DNA of 29,449 bases from Delftia acidovorans NBRC 14950 (GCF_001598795.1 NZ_BCZP01000043.1:1-29449); one strand, 5' to 3'; positions 7,601 through 15,305 are shown, counted from the first letter of the stretch. The notes: generated from the sequence alone by a model not told the origin. Made by a program: numbers and translations.

Positions 7601-9639
7601 AGAGCTTTGCACTTTCTCTGGCCGGCGCCGCAGGCCTTTGCGCGGCATCCTCCGCCCTGGCCCAGGCAGAACCTGTTCTTGCGGATGTGGAGGTGCGCGC
7701 CCGCGGCGCCGCCGCCACGGCCGAGGCCCGCGCCGCGCAGGCCGTGCAGGCTGCGCGCGATGAGCTGTCGCAGCGCGCAGGCGGCACGGCCGTTATCGAT
7801 GCAGCCAGCTACGCGGCCGGGCGTGCCAGCACCGCCGCCGATGCACTGGCCTACGCGCCGGGCGTGCTCGCACAGACGCGCCACGGCCCGGAGACGCGGC
7901 TGTCCATCCGGGGCTCGGGCGTGCAGCGCGGCTACCTGATGCGCGGCATACAGCTGTACCAGGACGGCATACCGCTGAACCAGGCCGATGGCGCGGCGGA
8001 CTTCCAGTCCATCGACCCCATGGCGGCCCAGCATGTCGAGGTCTGGCGTGGCGCCAATGCGCTGGAGTACGGCGCCAGCAGCCTGGGCGGCGCGATCAAC
8101 TTTGTCTCGCCGACCGGGTTGACGGCGCCTGCCGCATCGCTGCGGCTGCAGGCGGGATCGTTCGGCCAGCGGCAGGCACAGGCCCAGCTGGCGGGCCGTG
8201 GCGAGCGGGTGGATGGCCTTCTGAACATCAGCCGCAGCGAGCAGGACGGCTGGCGCGAACAGTCGGCCTGGCGCACGCAGCGCCTGTCCGGCAATGTGGG
8301 CCTGCAGCTCACCGATACGCTGGAGCTGCGCGCCTTCCTGTCCCATGTGGATGCCGACATGCAGATGCCCGGCAGCCTCACGCGCGCGGCCATGCTGGCC
8401 AATCCGCGCCAGGCCGCGCCCGGCTATGTGGCGCAGGACGCCGGCAACAACTACCGCCAGACGCGCGGCGCCCTGCGCATGGACTGGCAGCCGCGCGAAG
8501 GCCTGCGCTGGACCACCTCGCTGTTCGCCGCGCAGCGCGACCGCTTCCACCCCATGACCATGGGCATCGTCCAGCAGGACATGCGCGACACGGGTCTGGA
8601 CTCGCGCCTGGCGGCCGAGCTGGGGCAGGGCGGCGGCCTCACGCGCAGGCTGGTGCTGGGCTTTTCCAGCGCGCAGCTCGATGGCGATGAATGGCGCTAC
8701 ACCAATGCGGGCGGCGCGGCCGGCACGTCCACGGGGCGCACGCGCGTGAAGGCGCAGCAGGACGTGGTCTATGGCGAATACAGCCACGGCCTGAGCACCC
8801 GCTGGACGCTGCAGGCCGGCCTGCAGTTCGTGCGCGCCCAGCGCCGCCAGGACAATCTGCTGGCGCCCGCCGCCAGCTACGACGTGGATTTCAGCCACAC
8901 CTCGCCCAAGCTGGGCCTGCTGTTCGCGGCCACGCCCACGTCGCAGTGGTACGCCAACATCAGCGGCAGCTTCGAGGCACCGCCCATTGGTGAGCTGGTC
9001 TACCAGCCTTCGCTGCCGCTGGGGCGTGCGCAAAGCGCAACCACGGTGGAGGCCGGCTGGCGCGGCCACGGCGAGGCCCTGGCCTGGGACGCCGCCATCT
9101 ACCACTCGCGCGTGCGCCGCGAACTGCTGGCGCTGACCGACGCCAGCGGCGCGACCCTGGGCACCACCAATGCCGACCGCACCATCCACCAGGGGCTGGA
9201 GCTGTCCATGCAGGCACGGCTTGCGCCGCGCTGGTCGCTGCGCACCCAGTACCTCTACAGCGACCTGCGCTTTGACAACGACGCCGTCTACGGCCGCCGC
9301 CGCCTGGCCGGCATTCCACCGCACCTGTTGCGGGCCGAGCTGCAGTGGAAGGCCACGCAGCAGGTCACGGTCGCGCCCGGCCTGGAGTGGCTGCCCTCGC
9401 GCACCTGGGTGGACCATGCCAACACCGTGGCCTCCGATGGCTATGCGCTGCTCAACCTGCGCTTGAGCGGGGCGCTGGGCGATGGCTGGAGCTGGTTCGT
9501 CGAAGGCCGCAACCTGACCGACCGGCGCTATGCCGCGACCACGGCCGTACAGGCCAATGTGCGCGGCGTGGACGGTGCCTATTACTTTCCCGGAGATGGC
9601 CGGGCCGTGTACGCGGGCCTGAGCTGGCGCATGCCCTGA
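7597..9639 (+). CDS. TonB-dependent outer-membrane receptor (copper/metal-type by context)
   Basis: 680 aa with a signal peptide ending ALAQA. The plug domain reads RLSIRGSG...QLYQDGIPLN...VEVWRGANALEYGASSLGGAINFV, followed by a long beta-barrel. The ATG overlaps the SCO1 stop (ATGA). The C-terminus ends ...GLSWRMP rather than in the usual terminal aromatic residue. Confidence 0.9.
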   Translation: MKSFALSLAGAAGLCAASSALAQAEPVLADVEVRARGAAATAEARAAQAVQAARDELSQRAGGTAVIDAASYAAGRASTAADALAYAPGVLAQTRHGPETRLSIRGSGVQRGYLMRGIQLYQDGIPLNQADGAADFQSIDPMAAQHVEVWRGANALEYGASSLGGAINFVSPTGLTAPAASLRLQAGSFGQRQAQAQLAGRGERVDGLLNISRSEQDGWREQSAWRTQRLSGNVGLQLTDTLELRAFLSHVDADMQMPGSLTRAAMLANPRQAAPGYVAQDAGNNYRQTRGALRMDWQPREGLRWTTSLFAAQRDRFHPMTMGIVQQDMRDTGLDSRLAAELGQGGGLTRRLVLGFSSAQLDGDEWRYTNAGGAAGTSTGRTRVKAQQDVVYGEYSHGLSTRWTLQAGLQFVRAQRRQDNLLAPAASYDVDFSHTSPKLGLLFAATPTSQWYANISGSFEAPPIGELVYQPSLPLGRAQSATTVEAGWRGHGEALAWDAAIYHSRVRRELLALTDASGATLGTTNADRTIHQGLELSMQARLAPRWSLRTQYLYSDLRFDNDAVYGRRRLAGIPPHLLRAELQWKATQQVTVAPGLEWLPSRTWVDHANTVASDGYALLNLRLSGALGDGWSWFVEGRNLTDRRYAATTAVQANVRGVDGAYYFPGDGRAVYAGLSWRMP

Positions 9640-9778
9640 GCAGGCCGGGCGCAGCGCCGAAAGGCGCCGCTGCCATGGCGTGCGACCTGGCATGGAGTGC
9701 TCCTGCCTTGTGCTAAAAATGGGCCGGTCCATCCACCCCGATGCCCATCCAGCAAGTAGGAAAGGGACACCCGGCGCC

Positions 9779-11617
9779 ATGAAGAGGCTTCTTTCCGACA
9801 AGGTGCTCCGGCGCCTGGTGCTCGGCAACCTGCTGGTGGCCGGCCTGCTGGGCCTGGCCACCTGGTTGAGCCTGCGCGCCAACCACCAGGCCGACCTGGA
9901 CCTGGGCGTGGCCGTCACCCGGAACCAGGCCCGCAGCCTGAGCCTGGAGCTGAACGCCGAGATGCGGCTGGTGGACAACGCCCTGGCCACCGTTGCGGGA
10001 CGCTACCGCAGCCGGAGTCTGGAAGGCGCGGACGTGGCGGCGCTGGCCCTCTATGAAATCCTGCAGGAGCAGCGCGCCCTCGTTCCCTTCGTCACGGCGC
10101 TGCGCGTCACCGACGCCAATGGCCAGGTCCTGCAGAGTGCGAACGAGGAGGAGCCGGCATTTTCCGTGGCCGAGCGAGGCTACTTCGACCGGGCGCGCAA
10201 CACCGACCGCATGGTGGTCTCCGACCCGCTGGTCAGCCACTCCTTCAAGAAATGGGCCATCGTGCTGGCGCGGCGGCTGCAATCCGGCGATGGGGATTTC
10301 CAGGGCATCGTCTACGCGGTCGTCGCGGCCGAGCATTTCCAGTCGCTGTTCCGCCGCCAGGCCTTCGGGCCCGACAGCGCCATTGCGCTGCGTTCGGACA
10401 AGGATCTGCTGGTGGCCCGCTACGCGGCAGGCGATCCCCAGCCCATGGCCGGCATCGGCGGCTCGGAAGTCTCGGGCGAGTACCACCGGGCCCTGGCCGA
10501 TGACCGGGAGCTTGGCTGGTACATCACGCCCACGCTGCTCGATGGCGTGGAGCGCATCACGGCCTACCAGCGCCTGGCCGGCTACCCGCTGACCGTCTTC
10601 ACCGGCCTGGGCACGGAAAGCTACCTGGCGGGGTGGCGTGCATCGGCCTGGCGTGCCTGGGCGCTCACGGGCCTGAGCATCGCGCTGATCGCGCTGGGCT
10701 CGGTCAGCCTCTATCTGCTGCAGCAGCGCGAGCGCGTGGCGCGCATCCGGCTCGCCGAGTTGCTGCGCCAGCAGGAACTGTTCATGGACAACGACCTCAT
10801 CGGCATCGCCCGCCTGCGCGAGCGCCGGCTGCTGTGGACCAACCAGGCCCTGCAGCGCATGCTCAAGCGCCCGGCCGGCGAGCTGCTGGACCACTCGGCG
10901 CGCATCCTCTACCCGGACGAGGAGACCTACGAACGCTCCGGCGAACTGGCCTATGGCGCACTGCGCTCCAGCGGCAAATGCCACGCCCAGATGCAGCTGC
11001 AGACCAGCGATGGCAGCCTGCTCTGGGTCGATGTCAGCGGCGCAGGCCTGGCCGATGGCGAATCGATATGGGTCTTCGTGGACATCGACGCCCTCAAGCG
11101 CGGCGAGCAGGCGGCCCAGCACCAGGCATTGCACGACGTGCTGACCGGCCTGGCCAACCGCCGCGCGCTGCAGGCGCGGCTGCAGCGCGCGCTGGCCCAG
11201 GCCAGCGGCCCCGGCCAGCTGGCCGTCTGCTTCATGGACCTGGACGGCTTCAAGCAAGTCAACGACACCGAAGGCCACGACGCCGGCGATGAAGTGCTGC
11301 GCATCATCGCCCGCCGCCTCACCACCCAGGCCCGCGAAACCGACTGCGTCGCCCGCCTGGGCGGAGACGAATTCGTGCTGCTGCTGGACGAACTGGCCTC
11401 GGCCGACGACGCCCGGCAGATCATGCAGCGCTGCCTGGCCTCCATCCGCCAGCCCATCCGCCTGCACAGCGGCGCCACCGTGCAGGTCGGCGCCAGCATG
11501 GGCATCGCCCTCAATGCCTCCCGGGAAGATGCCACCCAGCTCCTGCAGCGCGCCGACGAGGCCATGTACGCGGCCAAGCGCGCGGGCAAGGGGAGGATTG
11601 TGCTGGCGGGCGGGTAG
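9779..11617 (+). CDS. Membrane sensor diguanylate cyclase (periplasmic Cache-like domain, PAS, GGDEF)
   Basis: 612 aa from ATG 9779. Two TM segments bracket a ~270-aa periplasmic domain. This is followed by a PAS-like region and a GGDEF domain with an intact RLGGDEF and an RETD (RxxD) I-site 5 residues upstream. Confidence 0.9.
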   Translation: MKRLLSDKVLRRLVLGNLLVAGLLGLATWLSLRANHQADLDLGVAVTRNQARSLSLELNAEMRLVDNALATVAGRYRSRSLEGADVAALALYEILQEQRALVPFVTALRVTDANGQVLQSANEEEPAFSVAERGYFDRARNTDRMVVSDPLVSHSFKKWAIVLARRLQSGDGDFQGIVYAVVAAEHFQSLFRRQAFGPDSAIALRSDKDLLVARYAAGDPQPMAGIGGSEVSGEYHRALADDRELGWYITPTLLDGVERITAYQRLAGYPLTVFTGLGTESYLAGWRASAWRAWALTGLSIALIALGSVSLYLLQQRERVARIRLAELLRQQELFMDNDLIGIARLRERRLLWTNQALQRMLKRPAGELLDHSARILYPDEETYERSGELAYGALRSSGKCHAQMQLQTSDGSLLWVDVSGAGLADGESIWVFVDIDALKRGEQAAQHQALHDVLTGLANRRALQARLQRALAQASGPGQLAVCFMDLDGFKQVNDTEGHDAGDEVLRIIARRLTTQARETDCVARLGGDEFVLLLDELASADDARQIMQRCLASIRQPIRLHSGATVQVGASMGIALNASREDATQLLQRADEAMYAAKRAGKGRIVLAGG

Positions 11618-11715
11618 GGATTTTGGGGCTATGCCGCCGTTGTGATTGCGGCAGTTGTCCGGGCGGAGGGGGCCGTGGGCTCAACAAGGCAAGGCCTTGA
11701 ATGCCGAACCAGAAG
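11570..11715. repeat. Direct repeat copy 1: functional 3' end of the cyclase gene, a 63-nt spacer, and a dead 3' fragment of a membrane-protein gene
   Basis: Aligns without gaps to 12635-12780. My hand count gives 5/48, 16/63 and 4/35 mismatches in the three parts. Minus-strand reading of 11681-11740 gives ...PLVTASAVTSGSAFKALPC*, which resembles the C-terminus of the 12746-13513 gene. Confidence 0.85.
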
Positions 11716-11735
11716 TCACCGCCGAGGCGGTCACC

Positions 11736-11766
11736 AAAGGCCGGGCGGCAGACCCGGCCTTTTCTT
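11736..11766. terminator. Bidirectional rho-independent terminator
   Basis: AAAGGCCGGG (11736-11745), loop CGGCAGA, then CCCGGCCTTT (11753-11762) followed by TCTTTCC. An A-tract upstream and a T-tract downstream allow it to serve both the cyclase gene (+) and the cassette gene ending at 11799 (-). Confidence 0.65.
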
Positions 11767-11798
11767 TCCTTGCATTCGTTTTTCAGCGCTCGGCCTTT

Positions 11799-12395
11799 TC
11801 AATCCATATCCGGATCCTCGTCGCAGCCCGAGCCATTGACGGAGCACATGGAGCCTATCTTGATTTTCCGCATGGGCTGCTTGGCCAGCCTTTCACAGCG
11901 CGACATTTGCTCGGCATACATATCGTCCATGTGCGTGCCGTCAATCATGATCACCCCATTGCGAATGATGGGCTTTGCCTGACCATCGGCAAGGGCGAAG
12001 GCCATTTTCCTGAGAAGAAAACCGGCATGGTGGCAAGGGCCCAGGGCCATGGCAATCCTGGTCATTTCAGGATCAGGAACGCGATTTTTGGCCTGCGTCA
12101 GGCTGTCCATCTTTTCCATGAAAGCCCCGTCGTTCTGCGCGATCTGGGCCACCAGCCTGGTCATGCCCGCCTGATTGCGCTTTTTCACAAGATCCGCAAT
12201 CTGGTCCTCCAGGCGTCTCGCCGCAGCGGCATCACCGAATGCAGCCAGAGAGGCAGATAGTGCATCGTTCTCGGCCGCCGATACTCCGTTCGGCACACAC
12301 AGTACAGCGCTCGCAGCCAGCAAGGCGGCCATGATCCGGCGAGTCCGTATTGCGCCTTGCGGCCGCAGGCGTCCTCCCAATGCAATGGTGTTCAT
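11799..12395 (-). CDS. Exported hypothetical protein (orphan, lower G+C cassette gene)
   Basis: 198 aa from ATG 12395. It has a basic N-terminus plus a hydrophobic signal (RRIMAALLAASAVLCVPNGVSAAEN), five further Cys in the mature part and an acidic tail (CDEDPDMD). I recognise no family motif. Hand counts of two 60-nt lines give 53-58% G+C. Confidence 0.6.
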   Translation of the reverse strand: MNTIALGGRLRPQGAIRTRRIMAALLAASAVLCVPNGVSAAENDALSASLAAFGDAAAARRLEDQIADLVKKRNQAGMTRLVAQIAQNDGAFMEKMDSLTQAKNRVPDPEMTRIAMALGPCHHAGFLLRKMAFALADGQAKPIIRNGVIMIDGTHMDDMYAEQMSRCERLAKQPMRKIKIGSMCSVNGSGCDEDPDMD

Positions 12396-12634
12396 GTTCT
12401 TTGAAGATGGATTGAAATGAAAAATCTCCATTGCGCAGACGCAGTGGAGAAGAAGGGCCTGGGCGGGAATGGCCAAGCCACCGAACTCTATCTCAATATG
12501 CGAATGGATATCCAGGCATCAGCCAGTCAATTGCTTTGTCGCACCACCAGCTCATAACCCAGATCCAGGCTTGGCGATTCCCCGGCCTCTCCGTGCATCC
12601 ATTGCCGCAGCATGCGCGCACCTTCTGTGCCGAC

Positions 12635-12780
12635 GCGGCCAAGCGTGCTGGCAAGGGGCGGATTGTGGTGGCGGGTGGGTAGGGCTATGGAGGCCGTGCC
12701 GCTGCTGTGATCGGGGCAGTTGCCGGGGCAGGTGGGGCCTTGGGCTCAACAAGGCAAGACCTCGAATGCCGAGCCAAAAG
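12635..12780. repeat. Direct repeat copy 2: dead 3' fragment of a cyclase gene, a 63-nt spacer, and the functional 3' end of the membrane-protein gene
   Basis: 12635-12682 translates to AAKRAGKGRIVVAGG*, against AAKRAGKGRIVLAGG* at the real cyclase end. No GGDEF domain lies upstream of it, so it is a remnant. Confidence 0.85.
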
Positions 12781-13513
12781 ACGACGCAAGGCCGTTGATG
12801 GCCCGTGTGCACACGCGTGCCCGGTTGAATGCGATGTCGCACAGCAGCGCGATGGCAAAGGCCAGATAGGCCATGTAGGCCAGGCCGATGTAGCTGCCAA
12901 ACACAATGGTGTGCAGCCAGTCCTGGGCGAACAGATACAGCGTGGCAGTCACCGCCGAGGCGGTCACCAGCACGATGGCGGGCAGTACCAGCTGCAGCCC
13001 CGCCCGCCTGCGTCGCGCCGTCACGCCGGCCAGGGCCAGAAACACCAGCGCATTGGACGCAGTGAAGATCCTGAACTCCCGCACCAGGCTGGCCGTGGTC
13101 TGGTGGTAGGCCGACTCGATGAATTCCACCAGCCGGGCGCGCATCTGGATCAGCGATGCCAGCTGGGTGGCTTGGCGCTGCTGCGTGTAGACGGCATTGC
13201 GCTTGCGGCATTCGCAGTCAGCACGGCGCATGTCGGTCATGACCGAGGCCACCTTGTCGGGAATGCCTGCCTCGATCTCGCGCCGCACTGCGGCGATCTC
13301 GCTATCTGTCCTGCCAAGCGCTTTCTGGGCCAGGCCCGCCATGCGCGAGCCTGAAAGCGTATCCAGCTGGGTGCCCAGCCTGCGCTCGATCTCGATGCGG
13401 ATGATCTCCTTGCCCAGGCTCTCGACCAGCAATGGCGAGGAAAACGACAGGGCGAAGGCTGCGCCGAACACAAGCGTGCCCAGGATGCCGAAGCAAAGAA
13501 TGAGGTTTCGCAT
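12746..13513 (-). CDS. Integral membrane protein of unknown function
   Basis: 255 aa from ATG 13513 (the ORF opens at TTG 13519). One N-terminal TM (LILCFGILGTLVFGAAFALSF) is followed by a ~115-aa charged helical segment containing CECRKR and three C-terminal TMs. It lies 22 nt downstream of the LMW-PTP gene on the same strand. Confidence 0.7.
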   Translation of the reverse strand: MRNLILCFGILGTLVFGAAFALSFSSPLLVESLGKEIIRIEIERRLGTQLDTLSGSRMAGLAQKALGRTDSEIAAVRREIEAGIPDKVASVMTDMRRADCECRKRNAVYTQQRQATQLASLIQMRARLVEFIESAYHQTTASLVREFRIFTASNALVFLALAGVTARRRRAGLQLVLPAIVLVTASAVTATLYLFAQDWLHTIVFGSYIGLAYMAYLAFAIALLCDIAFNRARVCTRAINGLASSFGSAFEVLPC

Positions 13514-13535
13514 GCGCAAGCTGTGCCGAGGCTTG

Positions 13536-14063
13536 TCAACCCTTGCGCGGTGCCATGCCCAGCGTGGCCAGCAGTCCCGCGCAGGCGTCCTCCACCAGGT
13601 CCAGCACGTCCTCGAAACCCCGGTCGCCGCCGTAGTAGGGGTCGGGCACTTCGCGCGCGGTGTGCTCGGTGCAGAAGTCCGTCAGCCGCTGTACGCGGTG
13701 CCATTCGGACTCGGGGCAGATCCTGCGCGCTGCAGATTCGTTGGCGCCATCCATCACCAGCACCTGGTCGAATGCCGTGAAGTCCTCGGCCCGCAGCTGC
13801 CGCGCGCGCTGCTGCGAAAGGTCATAGCCGCGCCGTGCGGCATGGGCCTGGGAGCGGCGGTCGGGTGCCTCGCCCACGTGGTAGCCGTGCGTGCCTGCAG
13901 AGTCCACTTCGATGCGGCCCGCCAGGCCCGCGTCGGCCACCATTTTTTCAAGCACGCCGTGGGCCGTGGGGCTGCGGCAGATGTTGCCGGTGCAGACCAT
14001 GAGGATTCTTTTTCTCTTTGTGGCTGGCCTGCGGTCAGCTGACTGTTCCCGAATCTGTTCCAT
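13536..14063 (-). CDS. Low-molecular-weight protein-tyrosine phosphatase
   Basis: 175 aa with the CTGNICRSP (C-x5-R-S) P-loop near the N-terminus and the DPYYGG general-acid motif. The ATG at 14063 is preceded by GGGAGG. Confidence 0.9.
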   Translation of the reverse strand: MEQIREQSADRRPATKRKRILMVCTGNICRSPTAHGVLEKMVADAGLAGRIEVDSAGTHGYHVGEAPDRRSQAHAARRGYDLSQQRARQLRAEDFTAFDQVLVMDGANESAARRICPESEWHRVQRLTDFCTEHTAREVPDPYYGGDRGFEDVLDLVEDACAGLLATLGMAPRKG

Positions 14064-14178
14064 AAACCTCCCTGTGGGTAACGGGCTTCACGACATCTGG
14101 ATTGCCTGCGATGCCCAGGCGCTCGCCGGCATTTTCCACGCCCCGCACCTGATCTGCCGGGCCGCTTATGCTGCGCCC

Positions 14179-14334
14179 ATGGTGGAACTGCTTTGTTTCT
14201 GGATGACCCGGGTGGGTGCGGCCCTGCTGGAGTTGCGGTTGCTGCGCAGCAGCGACGGCGGCCTCAGGGTGATGCTCATCACGGCGGCCATCGTAGTCAT
14301 CGTGTGCCTGGCGTTGCTGTCCTTTTACGCCTGA
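14179..14334 (+). CDS. Doubtful small membrane peptide ORF
   Basis: 51 codons ending in a hydrophobic segment (MLITAAIVVIVCLALLSFYA), followed at once by a short GC hairpin plus GTTTTC. No convincing SD precedes any of the three in-frame ATGs. Confidence 0.2.
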   Translation: MVELLCFWMTRVGAALLELRLLRSSDGGLRVMLITAAIVVIVCLALLSFYA

Positions 14335-14357
14335 GCCCGCAGGTCGGGCGTTTTCGG
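14335..14357 (+). terminator. Weak terminator-like hairpin
   Basis: GCCCG (14335-14339), loop CAGGT, CGGGC (14345-14349), then GTTTTCGG. The stem is only 5 bp and the T-run is short. A second hairpin, GGGCGT/ACGCCC (14346-14363), overlaps it. Confidence 0.3.
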
Positions 14358-14455
14358 ACGCCCTGTCAGGCGGATTTCATGGTGCTGCGCCGCCGGCAGG
14401 GGACGTGGCTGAACTCAATGCAGCGCCATCTTGCATGCCAGTGCGGATTCTTCGA

Positions 14456-14779
14456 TCACGGCGGAATCGATGCATCAATCATGTGCGGCCCGGTGATCTT
14501 CTGCGACGGGATCCAGACCAGATAGGACCTCCACATGCCCCGATCATTGCAGTACACAAGGTACTCGCCTGGGTCCAGGCGGCTCTCCCGGTATTGGAAT
14601 TGCACGCAGCCGATAGCTTGGTTCTTGCCCAGCGCGATGGCGATGTCTCGGCTGAAATCAGTTCTCCACGGACCGGGATAGCGCTCGGTGAGCGGCACAC
14701 TTTTCGGCGCAGGCACAAGGAAGGCAACGGCCAAAAACGCTGCGGCGATCACTGCCGCTGCTCTCAGTTTGTTGTTCAT
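14456..14779 (-). CDS. Small exported or membrane-anchored hypothetical protein
   Basis: 107 aa with an N-terminal signal/anchor (KLRAAAVIAAAFLAVAFLVPAP) and two Cys in the mature part. G+C is lower than in the flanks (one hand-counted 60-nt line gives 58%). It lies 25 nt downstream of the GNAT gene on the same strand. Confidence 0.6.
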   Translation of the reverse strand: MNNKLRAAAVIAAAFLAVAFLVPAPKSVPLTERYPGPWRTDFSRDIAIALGKNQAIGCVQFQYRESRLDPGEYLVYCNDRGMWRSYLVWIPSQKITGPHMIDASIPP

Positions 14780-14804
14780 CTCTGTCTAAATCGGGCCTCT
14801 GCAG

Positions 14805-15215
14805 TCAAACAATGCGCAAGGACATGCCCGCCTTCCTGGGCAGCAGGGAGGGTTCGAACCCATAGCGGCGATAGAACTCCGGCGTGCCGTGGTCGGCCAT
14901 GAGGCTGACATAGGCCGTGGGCAGGGCATTGCCGTGGATGTACTGCATCAGGCGCTGCATGATGAGGTGGCCTAGGCCCTTTTTCTGGTGCTCGGGGATG
15001 ACAGCGATGTCCACGATTTCGAAGAAGCACCCGCCGTCTCCGATCACGCGGCCTATGCCAACCGGCGTTGCATCGGCATAGACGACCACGCTGAACAGGC
15101 CGTTTTTCAGGCCGATGGCGGCCGCCTCGGGCGACTTGCGGCTCAGGCCGGCAGCCAGCCGGATCTGGATGTAGTCCTGGACGGCGGGGACGTGGCCTTC
15201 AATGCGGTAGTTCAT
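14805..15215 (-). CDS. GNAT-family N-acetyltransferase
   Basis: 136 aa from ATG 15215 (MNYRIEG...). The acetyl-CoA motif is AVIPEHQKKGLGHLIMQRL (Q-x-x-G-x-G), followed by the C-terminal FYRRYGFE. The ORF also offers ATGs at 15263 and 15266. None of the starts has a good SD. Confidence 0.85.
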   Translation of the reverse strand: MNYRIEGHVPAVQDYIQIRLAAGLSRKSPEAAAIGLKNGLFSVVVYADATPVGIGRVIGDGGCFFEIVDIAVIPEHQKKGLGHLIMQRLMQYIHGNALPTAYVSLMADHGTPEFYRRYGFEPSLLPRKAGMSLRIV

Positions 15216-15305
15216 GGATGGTGAGGGCGCCAGGGGCATTTCGGAGGATCGGCGGAGCGCCATCATAGGCAGGCGTCTGCCGAGAGGGAGGGCGGATCGC
15301 CGTCC

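Noticed and set aside
2856-9639. CobS/CobT plus a nearby TonB-dependent receptor read as a cobalamin synthesis/uptake locus
   Set aside because: There is no cobN or other cob/cbi gene. I could recognise no B12-riboswitch-like leader upstream of the receptor. The receptor is embedded in a DUF2946/SCO1 copper-type context, and an opposite-strand hydrolase separates the two units.
7498-9990. 830-aa minus-strand ORF
   Set aside because: It is antisense to the TonB-dependent receptor and to the start of the cyclase gene. It is Arg/Ala/Gly-rich with no recognisable domain.
12431-12682. 83-aa plus-strand ORF ending in AAKRAGKGRIVVAGG
   Set aside because: Only its last ~16 codons resemble the cyclase C-terminus and no GGDEF domain precedes them. 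It is the dead gene end created by the junction duplication, not a gene.
14193-14902. Plus-strand ORFs 14193-14525 and 14405-14902
   Set aside because: They overlap the minus-strand exported-protein and GNAT genes, have no signal, SD or motif, and have Arg/Pro-rich shadow composition.
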